Shown here: positions 37,403 through 45,741 of the stretch, piece by piece
How the letters are laid out: each line of letters opens with the position of its first letter
Numbering within the stretch: position 1 is the stretch's first letter
IMG/VR virus record: IMGVR_UViG_3300030060_002342
Coordinates: 4,416 to 68,415 of that record
From: a virus
DNA length: 64,000 nucleotides
Direction: 5' to 3' (one strand)
Notes under the pieces: model-generated
Database searches by the model: none
The model's input: the letters and a program-made list of their open reading frames with translations, nothing else
What the model was told of the DNA's origin: nothing
Program-made: the position numbers and the translations under genes

Positions 37403-39124
37403 ATGTGGAGTAATAGATGGAAAAAAGGCGTTGATTACCCTGAGTGGGCAGACGCAGATGTATATAAGAAAACAATTACAGGTGGTTATTTATTTAACGG
37501 CGAAACACCAAGAGAAGCATATGAACGAGTAGCTGCTACGGTAGCCATGCGACTTAGAAAGCCTGAGCTTAAAGATAAATTCTTTGAGTATATATGGAAC
37601 GGTTGGTTATGTTTGGCTTCACCTGTATTATCAAACCTAGGCACAGAGAAAGGATTACCGATCTCGTGCTTTGGTATTGATGTAGCTGATAGCATACAAG
37701 ACATAGGTAAGAAAAACTTAGAGATGATGCTGTTAGCTAAACACGGTGGTGGTGTAGGTATAGGCATAAATCAAATCAGACCATCAGGTGCTGAGATTAC
37801 AATGAACGGTACATCAGATGGTGTTGTGCCTTTCTGTAAGATATATGACTCTAGCATACTAGCCACTAATCAAGGTGCTGTACGAAGAGGTGCTGCATCT
37901 GTTAATTTAAATATAGAACACAGCGATTGGGAAGACTGGTTAGAAATAAGAGAACCTAAAGGTGATATTAATAGACAATCATTAAACCTACATCAGTGTA
38001 CTGTAATCGGTGATAAGTTTATGCGTAAACTTAGAGACGGTGATAAAGTTGCAAGACGTAAATGGGGTAAACTATTACAGAAACGTAAGGCAACTGGTGA
38101 ACCTTATATAATGTACAAGGGTAATGTAAATAAAAACAACCCTGCTGCATATAAGGATAATGCTCTGAAAGTATTTATGACTAATATATGTTCAGAGATA
38201 GTATTGCACACAGATGAAAACCATAGTTTCGTATGTTGTTTATCTAGTTTAAACCTAGCTAAATATCATGAGTGGAAAGACTCAAATATAATATACGATA
38301 GTATATGGTTTTTAGATGGTGTATTAGAAGAATTTATACAAAAAGCAAAAAATAGAAGGGGCTTTGAAAACGCAGTAAGATCTGCTGAAAAAGGTAGAGC
38401 ACTTGGTTTAGGTGTTTTAGGTTGGCATACTTATTTACAACAAAAAGGTTACCCTTTTGAAGGATTATTAGCACAATATGAAACAAGAAGGATTTTTAGC
38501 CAAATTAAAATTGAAAGTGAAAGAGCAAGTATGGCGCTTGCGGAAGAGTACGGAGAACCTTTATGGTGTATTGGTACTGGATTTCGTAACACCCATCTTA
38601 GAGCTATTGCTCCTACTGTTAGTAATAGTAAACTATCTGGTAATGTCAGTCCTGGTATTGAGCCTTGGGCTGCTAACGTCTTTACTGACCAGAGTGCTAA
38701 AGGTACTTTCATACGTAAAAATCCTACGCTAGTAGAAGTATTAAAAGAACATAATTTAAACACGGATAAAATATGGAACAAAATTTTGGAAGACGGTGGT
38801 TCAATACAAGGCATAAAACAATTAGAGAAAATTACGTTGGGCGATCACGACATACCAATCAAAGAAGTATTCAAAACTTTCAAGGAAATAAATCAACTAG
38901 ACTTAGTTAATCAAGCTGGTATAAGACAACAGTATATAGACCAGTCTGTTAGTTTAAACTTAGCTTTTCCTGCGCAAGCAGATCCTAAGTTTATAAACAA
39001 AGTTCATTTAGAAGCTTGGAAGAAAGGTATAAAAACATTATATTATATGAGAACCGAATCAGTACTTAGAGGTGATATAGCTAGACAAGCTACTGATGAA
39101 AATTGTTTAAGTTGTGATGGTTAG
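37403..39124 (+). CDS. nrdA: Ribonucleotide reductase class I alpha subunit (no ATP cone)
   Basis: PISCF, GGGVG, QGAVRRGA, TNICSEI, CCLSS, IAPT, IDQSVS, KTLYY and C-terminal CLSC. Confidence 0.95.
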   Translation: MWSNRWKKGVDYPEWADADVYKKTITGGYLFNGETPREAYERVAATVAMRLRKPELKDKFFEYIWNGWLCLASPVLSNLGTEKGLPISCFGIDVADSIQDIGKKNLEMMLLAKHGGGVGIGINQIRPSGAEITMNGTSDGVVPFCKIYDSSILATNQGAVRRGAASVNLNIEHSDWEDWLEIREPKGDINRQSLNLHQCTVIGDKFMRKLRDGDKVARRKWGKLLQKRKATGEPYIMYKGNVNKNNPAAYKDNALKVFMTNICSEIVLHTDENHSFVCCLSSLNLAKYHEWKDSNIIYDSIWFLDGVLEEFIQKAKNRRGFENAVRSAEKGRALGLGVLGWHTYLQQKGYPFEGLLAQYETRRIFSQIKIESERASMALAEEYGEPLWCIGTGFRNTHLRAIAPTVSNSKLSGNVSPGIEPWAANVFTDQSAKGTFIRKNPTLVEVLKEHNLNTDKIWNKILEDGGSIQGIKQLEKITLGDHDIPIKEVFKTFKEINQLDLVNQAGIRQQYIDQSVSLNLAFPAQADPKFINKVHLEAWKKGIKTLYYMRTESVLRGDIARQATDENCLSCDG

Positions 39125-39890
39125 TATAGAACAAATATTAGATCCAATAGATGTAAAAACTTTCTTTAGTACTTATTGGAAGAAAAAACATTTAGTTATA
39201 AGAAGAAATAAGTTTAAAGACTTATATACTTTTGAGCAGTTAGATAAATATCTAAATCAATATCCTGATGTAAAATCGTTACAGATATTAAACTATAACG
39301 ATAAAGATGAAAGATGGTGTTTAGATAAACATAAAAAACTAAAACAACCCATGTTAAGCAAACAAGAGGTACATACTCTATGGACAAAAGGTAAATCATT
39401 TGTTTTACCCTTTGCAGAGTATCAAAGCAAAAAGTTAGTTGATATATGTTTTGAGCTAGAAAAGTATTTTGATCGCGGGCAAGTAAACGTGTATGCTTCG
39501 CCTGCAGCAAACTCAAAGTCATTTCCACCTCATAGAGATGGTACAGAAAACTTTTTGTTTCATCAACACGGTAGAGTTAAATGGACTTTGTATAAAAACT
39601 TTGATAATAAAGAAATATTAGATGAGTTTATTTTAGAACCAGGTGATTTACTTTATATACCTATAGGTATGTTTCACAAGGTAGAAACACTTGGACCAAG
39701 AATACTATTAAGTATTCATTTTACAAATAAGAAAAATCAATCATTAGAAAAGTTTTCAGTAGGTGGTAGCAACAGTAGACGTAAGTGGTATAATTGGTTA
39801 CCTGAACTACCTACCGCAACAATTAAACGACCAGCTAGGCTTATGAACAAAGCAAGATGGTCTAAACCTTACTTTAATAAAAAAATATGA
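39114..39890 (+). CDS. JmjC/cupin 2OG-Fe(II) oxygenase (RoxA/NO66-like)
   Basis: FFSTYWKKKHLVI, NVYASP, HRD...GRVKW, LEPGDLLYIP.GMFH (HxD...H triad). Confidence 0.85.
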   Translation: MMVSIEQILDPIDVKTFFSTYWKKKHLVIRRNKFKDLYTFEQLDKYLNQYPDVKSLQILNYNDKDERWCLDKHKKLKQPMLSKQEVHTLWTKGKSFVLPFAEYQSKKLVDICFELEKYFDRGQVNVYASPAANSKSFPPHRDGTENFLFHQHGRVKWTLYKNFDNKEILDEFILEPGDLLYIPIGMFHKVETLGPRILLSIHFTNKKNQSLEKFSVGGSNSRRKWYNWLPELPTATIKRPARLMNKARWSKPYFNKKI

Positions 39891-40231
39891 AAGCAGGAAA
39901 AATATGGGGTAAAACAGAAATGGTCCATAAAAATGGAGTATTAGAGTTTCACCGAATAGAATTTAATAAAGGATTTAAATGCTCTGAACATGAGCATAGA
40001 TTTAAGTGGAACGGATTTTTTGTTGAGTCCGGCAAAATGCTTGTCAGAGTTTGGCAAGAAGATCAAGGCTTGCTAGATGAAACAATACTTGAAGCAGGTG
40101 ATTTTACTATGGTTAAACCTGGTAAGATACATCAGTTTGAAGGTATTGAAGATGGCGTAGCTTTTGAATTATATTGGGCTGAGTTTAATCACGATGATAT
40201 AATTAGAAGAACAGCAGGTACTAAGATATGA
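39887..40231 (+). CDS. Cupin-domain protein (sugar isomerase-like)
   Basis: KIWG, CSEHEH, FVESG, L.AGD..V.PG..HQF. Confidence 0.75.
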   Translation: MKAGKIWGKTEMVHKNGVLEFHRIEFNKGFKCSEHEHRFKWNGFFVESGKMLVRVWQEDQGLLDETILEAGDFTMVKPGKIHQFEGIEDGVAFELYWAEFNHDDIIRRTAGTKI

Positions 40232-40875
40232 AAATAGCTATAGTAATACCAGCAAGACTAAATAGTACTAGAGTCAAGCACAAGATGTTAAAGAAGTTTA
40301 ATAACAAACCTTTAATAGCACTTGTGTTTGATAAAGTACGTTCATTTGGCTATGATACATATGTCGCAACAGACAGTACTAAAATAGCAAATACAATACC
40401 AGTTAAATGGTTGTTAAAAACAAATAGAGCAAAAAATGGTACAGAGCGTATAGCTCAGTGTTATAATAAATTACAAAAGTATGATTATATAATAAACATA
40501 CAAGGTGATATGATAGATATAGATGCTTGGACTATGAAGCCTATATTTAGAGAGTGTAAGACTGGTAACTTTGATGTGTTAACAGCTTATACAGAAGGTG
40601 CTAAACCTGACGATGTAAAAGTTATACACAACTATGGTCAAGCTCTATGGTTTACAAGATCTAATATAGGTTATGGTGATAGACATTTAGGTATATATGT
40701 TTACACACCAAGGATATTACAAGTGTATGATTTGTTTCATGATAAATATCCTATAGAAAACTTAGAACAAAACCGTATGGTTGGTTATTATAAATTTAAT
40801 GTAGTTAAAACAGAATACAATGGAATCGAAATTAACACCCAAGAAGATATTGATAGCTGGCCCGTGCAGTCTTGA
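40228..40875 (+). CDS. kdsB: 3-deoxy-manno-octulosonate cytidylyltransferase (CMP-Kdo synthetase)
   Basis: IPARLNSTR..KML, VATDS, GTER, INIQGD, HLGIYVY, ENLEQ.R, EINT.ED. Confidence 0.9.
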   Translation: MKIAIVIPARLNSTRVKHKMLKKFNNKPLIALVFDKVRSFGYDTYVATDSTKIANTIPVKWLLKTNRAKNGTERIAQCYNKLQKYDYIINIQGDMIDIDAWTMKPIFRECKTGNFDVLTAYTEGAKPDDVKVIHNYGQALWFTRSNIGYGDRHLGIYVYTPRILQVYDLFHDKYPIENLEQNRMVGYYKFNVVKTEYNGIEINTQEDIDSWPVQS

Positions 40876-41584
40876 AGACTGGTCAACGGTTAGCATGATA
40901 GCTCAGAACTGTAAATACCTAGCAGATCAAGATGGTTTTGATTATGTATTTAAAGGATCGTTTGATAAAGCTAATAGAACTTCTGTACACTCTAAACGAG
41001 GTATAGGTATAAGTGAAGCTAAGTTTATGTTTAGAACACTTAGAGAGTTTGGTATAGATAAAATAACAACTGATATACATGAACCTTGGCAAGCAAAAGA
41101 ACTAGAACCATATGTAGATATAATTCAAATACCTGCTTACCTATGTAGACAAACTGATTTATTAGTTGCTGCAGGTGAAACAGGTAAAATTGTAAACATT
41201 AAAAAAGGTCAGTTTATAAGCGGTAAAAATATGGTATACGCTGTAAATAAAGTTAGAAGCACAGGTAACGAAAATGTTTGGCTAACAGAAAGAGGTAGTA
41301 TGTTTGGTATGGGTGATTTAGTTGTAGATCCTAGACAAATAGTTGATATGAAAGATTTAGGTGTACCTGTTATAATGGACTGTACTCACTCAGTACAAAA
41401 ACCTAACTCAGGTAATAAAACAGCTGGCCAACCTAAATATACGTTACCAATAGCTAAAGTAGCTAAAGCATTAGATGTTGATGGTTACTTTTTTGAAGTA
41501 CATCCAAATCCTAGCGCTGCTTGGAGTGACGGATCTAATATGGTTGAGCTAGATAACTTTGGAAATATATTATTAGAATTATGA
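40820..41584 (+). CDS. kdsA: KDO-8-phosphate synthase (metal-dependent type)
   Basis: IAGPCSLE, FDKANRTS, QIPAYLCRQTDL, NIKKGQF, DCTHSVQ, EVHP.P..A.SDG. Confidence 0.95.
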   Translation: MESKLTPKKILIAGPCSLEDWSTVSMIAQNCKYLADQDGFDYVFKGSFDKANRTSVHSKRGIGISEAKFMFRTLREFGIDKITTDIHEPWQAKELEPYVDIIQIPAYLCRQTDLLVAAGETGKIVNIKKGQFISGKNMVYAVNKVRSTGNENVWLTERGSMFGMGDLVVDPRQIVDMKDLGVPVIMDCTHSVQKPNSGNKTAGQPKYTLPIAKVAKALDVDGYFFEVHPNPSAAWSDGSNMVELDNFGNILLEL

Positions 41585-42231
41585 AAATATTTATAGGACA
41601 CGATAGTAAATACCCGCAAGCAACAGATGTTTGTATAAAGTCTATTAGAGACAACGGGTTTAAAGGTGATATACAAATACTAGATAAAAAGAAACTGATA
41701 CGCGATGGAGTGTATAGCAGAGAAGATGTTGAAGGCGAATCAACAGAGTTTTCGTTTACTAGATTTTATGTACCGTTGTTAAGTGATTACAAGGGTATAT
41801 CTATGTTTTGTGATAATGATTTTTTATGGAAATGTAATCCAGAAGAGTTATTAGATTATATGGATAATCACAAACTAGGTGTGGTTATGCACGATGATTA
41901 TGAGGCTACTGGCACTAAAATGGACGGTATTGTAAATAAAACCTATCCTAGAAAAAACTGGTCTAGCTTAATGGTATTTAAAAACGAAGGATTTAAAGAT
42001 ATACTTGTTAAAGAATATTTAGACAATGCTTCTCCAGCAGAGCTTCATCAAATTAAATGGGCTTGTAATAAATGTGTTAGTAGTATACCAAAGAAATATA
42101 ATTGTTTAGTAGGTCATTATGATTGTACTAACGCTAAAGCTTTACATTATACTAATGGTGGACCTTGGTTTGATAAATATAAAAATTCAGAAAAATCTTT
42201 AGAATGGTGGAAAGTATACGAGAGTTTGTAA
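41581..42231 (+). CDS. GT-A fold glycosyltransferase (GT8/plant CDI-like)
   Basis: KIFIGHD, STEFSFTRF, FCDND (DxD), YPRKNWSS, LHYTNGGPW. Confidence 0.8.
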   Translation: MKIFIGHDSKYPQATDVCIKSIRDNGFKGDIQILDKKKLIRDGVYSREDVEGESTEFSFTRFYVPLLSDYKGISMFCDNDFLWKCNPEELLDYMDNHKLGVVMHDDYEATGTKMDGIVNKTYPRKNWSSLMVFKNEGFKDILVKEYLDNASPAELHQIKWACNKCVSSIPKKYNCLVGHYDCTNAKALHYTNGGPWFDKYKNSEKSLEWWKVYESL

Positions 42232-43013
42232 AAGGTAAGTCAGTAATATTTGTTGGCAACTCTGTAGAAATGATGAATTACAATAATGCAAAGTTTATAG
42301 ACGGCTTTGATATTGTTGTTAGATTTGGTGCAGCTATAGAAGCTAACAAAGCACATAGAAAGTTAGTAGGTAATAAGACTGATATATGGATCACAGGTCA
42401 GTTTAGATCACCTGCTTATACTAGACTAAAAGAAGAGTTTAATACTGGTAGATATAAAGATACTAAAATACTAGTTAATAGATGTAGAGGTAATTTTAAA
42501 TTAAAGAGCTGGATATTAGAAGATCGTTTACCAAAAGGTATGAAGTACGATCAAATGTATACTGATAAAGAAATTATAGATATAATGAAGAATAGGTTTA
42601 ACAAAGATATGTTAGACCCAAATGAATGTAGACCTAGCGCTGGCTTTATAAGTTTACTATGGTTTATGGAACAAATAAAAACATATAGTAGTATACACCT
42701 TATAGGCTTTGATTTTTTTACTAAACAAGTTGATATAAAAGTTAGGGATAAGAAAGGTAGACAGAGTAATTGTAAGCCACATAGTTGGCATCTACCTTGT
42801 TATGTATTAGATAGGTCGGCTCACGATTCTAATATGGAAAGAAATTATGTTGTGAATTTATGTAAGAAAAAGCTAGTAACTTGGTATGTACTAACTAATT
42901 TAGATAAGCAGCAGATAAAATATACAGGTTGGATGGGTAACGCAAAGTTAGTTAAATCAAAACCTAAATTTACTAAGACATCAAAGATAGTTCCTCAATC
43001 AGAACAAGATTAG
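42204..43013 (+). CDS. GT29-like (sialylmotif) CMP-ulosonate transferase
   Basis: L-motif-like VIFVGNS...IDGFDIVVRF...GNKTDIW, S-motif-like RPSAG...LIGFDFF, VS-like HDSNME. Confidence 0.7.
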   Translation: MVESIREFVKGKSVIFVGNSVEMMNYNNAKFIDGFDIVVRFGAAIEANKAHRKLVGNKTDIWITGQFRSPAYTRLKEEFNTGRYKDTKILVNRCRGNFKLKSWILEDRLPKGMKYDQMYTDKEIIDIMKNRFNKDMLDPNECRPSAGFISLLWFMEQIKTYSSIHLIGFDFFTKQVDIKVRDKKGRQSNCKPHSWHLPCYVLDRSAHDSNMERNYVVNLCKKKLVTWYVLTNLDKQQIKYTGWMGNAKLVKSKPKFTKTSKIVPQSEQD

Positions 43014-43423
43014 CACTTCCATCTTCTTCGTGCAGCTTTACCTCTTTCACCGGTCCAGCCTTTTGATCTTGCACAAAAAGATTTTCTACGTTTAGCAGCT
43101 TTACTACCAGGTTTAACCTTACCAGTAACAGCTGTTTTTAATTTACTACCTGGATTTTTTCTTTTATAATCAGCTACACCAGCAGCTGTCATACCAGCAC
43201 CTTCTTCTACAGTTCTAAAGTTTCTACCTTTACCTTTAGTAGTTTTTCTAGGTTCATTACTTTTTTTAGCAGGTGATTTAGGATATGGAGCAGCACCTAT
43301 TTTTTTAGGTCCTATAATACCACAACCACAGTGTTTTAGTGGTGATTGAACATTATCAAAACCACTATATCCACACTCTGGACACGTTGAACTTTTTGCT
43401 TTTAATCTTTGTAACCAAGTCAT
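43010..43423 (-). CDS. Basic putative core protein
   Basis: GAGMT..G...NPGSKLK..V...AKRRKSFCAR...ARRRWKC. Confidence 0.65.
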   Translation of the reverse strand: MTWLQRLKAKSSTCPECGYSGFDNVQSPLKHCGCGIIGPKKIGAAPYPKSPAKKSNEPRKTTKGKGRNFRTVEEGAGMTAAGVADYKRKNPGSKLKTAVTGKVKPGSKAAKRRKSFCARSKGWTGERGKAARRRWKC

Positions 43424-43424
43424 A

Positions 43425-43790
43425 TTATTCTCCACATTTTTTACTAGGATCATCTACTCTTCTCCAGTCTTCTTTTTGAAACCAGTCACGTAATGTAGCA
43501 CCTTTTTTTCTAGCACCTTTTACGTTTGTTTTAGATGATCTTCTATATTTACCACTAGCTCCTGCTGATTTTTTAGCGTTAACTAATTGTTTTCTTTTTT
43601 CTGGTGACATACTTCTTATCTTTGCCGCAGGTAAACAAGTTTTAGTAGTACCACCACCTTTTTGTTTCTTTTTAGCTGGTGAGTTCTTTTTACAACTACC
43701 TTTACTATATGCAGCCTTACCTGGAACAGGTGAATAACCTGGCCAACATCTCTTTAATAAAGGTGAAGAAAAAGGTTGTTTGTAACTCAT
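43425..43790 (-). CDS. Basic putative core protein
   Basis: CWPGY, CLP..K, LRDWFQKEDW; start MSYKQPF. Confidence 0.65.
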   Translation of the reverse strand: MSYKQPFSSPLLKRCWPGYSPVPGKAAYSKGSCKKNSPAKKKQKGGGTTKTCLPAAKIRSMSPEKRKQLVNAKKSAGASGKYRRSSKTNVKGARKKGATLRDWFQKEDWRRVDDPSKKCGE

Positions 43791-43791
43791 A

Positions 43792-43959
43792 TTATTTCTT
43801 TTTACCGCCTCCGTAATTACCAGGACCACCAGCTTTTGTACATCTTACACCCCATCCAGAAGCATAAGCACTAGGCCAAACTTTAAATTTACGTTTTGCC
43901 GCAGCTTTACAAGCAGCGCTAATCTTTTTTAAAGGCGAAGTTTTCATTGTATCTTTCAT
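43792..43959 (-). CDS. Small basic protein (55 aa, not in the ORF track)
   Basis: MKDTMKTSPLKKISAACKAAAKRKFKVWPSAYASGWGVRC... Confidence 0.65.
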   Translation of the reverse strand: MKDTMKTSPLKKISAACKAAAKRKFKVWPSAYASGWGVRCTKAGGPGNYGGGKKK

Positions 43960-43960
43960 A

Positions 43961-44371
43961 TCAATTCTTTTTTCTAGGATTAACTGGCGTTGGTGGTGTA
44001 ACTACTGAGCCAGATGGTTTTACTGTTTGTGTATTTACTGGTGTATTATTACTAGTATTACTATTACCAATAGGTTTATAATTACTATTACCATAAACAG
44101 GTTTATACCTATGTGGATTATAATAAAAAGTATTATGTCCATATCCTATAGGGTATCTATTTGTTGGATAGGTATTATAGTTATAAATAGGTCTTATAAC
44201 ATCTATAGGTAACTTTAATGTATCACCTTCAGCTGTAACAGCTAATACAGATGTTATTTTCATGTGAGGTTGTTTATAAACAGTACAACTAGTAAACATA
44301 GCTATGAGTATTATCAATAATAATATTGATACTGATATTGCTCTACCTTTATCTCTTTGTGAATCTGTCAT
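43961..44371 (-). CDS. Putative lipoprotein in the lysis region
   Basis: Hydrophobic signal ending MFTSC (lipobox-like); Pro/Asn-rich tail. Confidence 0.55.
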   Translation of the reverse strand: MTDSQRDKGRAISVSILLLIILIAMFTSCTVYKQPHMKITSVLAVTAEGDTLKLPIDVIRPIYNYNTYPTNRYPIGYGHNTFYYNPHRYKPVYGNSNYKPIGNSNTSNNTPVNTQTVKPSGSVVTPPTPVNPRKKN

Positions 44372-44826
44372 ATTACCATGTATTTTGTTTTACCACCTTC
44401 GCGGTAAGCTTTCAAACATCTATTTCTATTTGCTTCAGGATTTACATAACTTACATGAACCCAATCAGGATTTTTATCGTCACCAAATTCCCATATCATC
44501 TGATCGTAATCTAAGTTTTCTTTTATAAACTTATACATATCAGCATTAGACATGTTACCCATAGTATCATCAATATCCATTGCTTGTCCGTGACAATGCT
44601 GTGATTTTGACGATCCACCAATAGCTTTATTAAGTTCAGGTCCACGATAAAACGAATTAATCTTTATAGGACCACCCACGTGCATTCTAAGAGGTTCAAA
44701 TACTTTTTCTGCGATAAGCTTCATGTTTAATAAATGAGCATCAGAGGGATCATTTTTTAAACCTAGCCTTATAGCTGTTATACTGTATACACCTTCCTTG
44801 TAACTAACGTGTTTACTTATTTTCAC
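44368..44826 (-). CDS. Endolysin, peptidase M15A family
   Basis: INSFYR...LNKAIGG..SQHC.GQAMD, DQMIWE, WVHVSY. Confidence 0.88.
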   Translation of the reverse strand: MKISKHVSYKEGVYSITAIRLGLKNDPSDAHLLNMKLIAEKVFEPLRMHVGGPIKINSFYRGPELNKAIGGSSKSQHCHGQAMDIDDTMGNMSNADMYKFIKENLDYDQMIWEFGDDKNPDWVHVSYVNPEANRNRCLKAYREGGKTKYMVI

Positions 44827-44963
44827 TTCTTAATAATTTTCTTTATTTCTTTAGCTTTACTTTTAATTTCTTTAGCTTTAGCTAAGATAATATCATCTAC
44901 AGTGGTTTTACTCCATAGTAATACCCACATATCTTTCCAATATTCTTTTGTTAATTTCCACAT
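44823..44963 (-). CDS. Small amphipathic protein (46 aa, not in the ORF track)
   Basis: MWKLTKEYWKDMWVLLWSKTTVDD...; stop overlaps the endolysin start. Confidence 0.5.
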   Translation of the reverse strand: MWKLTKEYWKDMWVLLWSKTTVDDIILAKAKEIKSKAKEIKKIIKK

Positions 44964-45009
44964 AATTAATTATTTACAAATACATATTTCACAAAATGGA
45001 CACATAGTT

Positions 45010-45420
45010 TTAAAATTTAGAAGCCTGATTGACTTCGTTAATACTTTCTTGAATTTCTTCTAAGCCTACAGGTAATTCAAGGTCTAAGCCTGCTTTAAAA
45101 ACTGTTTCTTTTATACCACCTTTAAATACTATAATTGTAGGTGCCATACGGACTCTATACTTTTTTTTAGCTTCTGGTGCTTTTGCTATATCAACCCTGT
45201 AATATGTAACATCTTTTAGTTTATTCCACTCAGCAAAACAATTTATATCATTAAACTTAGCCCAAAACTCTACTACAACAGGTTTACTGTCATCATCACC
45301 AAATGCTTTGTGTTCTTTAATTTTTTCTTCAAAGTTTGAATCATCTATCCAATATTCGTCTGGTACATCTACTTGTGAGAACGATATAAATGGAATTAAA
45401 ATTAAAATTAAGTACTTCAT
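45010..45420 (-). CDS. Secreted thioredoxin-fold protein lacking CxxC
   Basis: Signal peptide; PVVVEFWAKFN...YRVDI...YRVRMAPTIIVFKGG. Confidence 0.7.
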   Translation of the reverse strand: MKYLILILIPFISFSQVDVPDEYWIDDSNFEEKIKEHKAFGDDDSKPVVVEFWAKFNDINCFAEWNKLKDVTYYRVDIAKAPEAKKKYRVRMAPTIIVFKGGIKETVFKAGLDLELPVGLEEIQESINEVNQASKF

Positions 45421-45740
45421 TATCTTTGTTTTTGTAATTCGTAAAGTCTTTCGTCAATTTTTTCAAGACTTTCTTTTATTTCTTCTACGTCATCTTGAGT
45501 GTCCATTATGGTCTGGCGTATCAACTCGTCTTTTAGATCATACTCTACTCTATCAATAACAGGTGCTGGTAGTTTCTTAGCTTCTTCTATATCTGCTTTC
45601 AATGTAAACCAAACACCAGCCAAAGATATAATACCAAATATCAATGCACCTATTGTTTTTAATGATAAAGCAAAGTCTGGTTTGCCATCTCCATCAATAT
45701 CTAATCCTATTTTGTGGTTTTCGTTTAGTTCTTTTGCCAT
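45420..45740 (-). CDS. Single-TM coiled-coil protein
   Basis: Start MAKELNE; TM helix then coiled coil. Confidence 0.65.
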   Translation of the reverse strand: MAKELNENHKIGLDIDGDGKPDFALSLKTIGALIFGIISLAGVWFTLKADIEEAKKLPAPVIDRVEYDLKDELIRQTIMDTQDDVEEIKESLEKIDERLYELQKQR

Positions 45741-45741
45741 G

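Noticed and set aside
3724-39124. Inteins or introns in terminase, helicase or RNR; stop-codon reassignment
   Set aside because: These ORFs are continuous and of plausible length with no intein motifs, and coding density is high under the standard code
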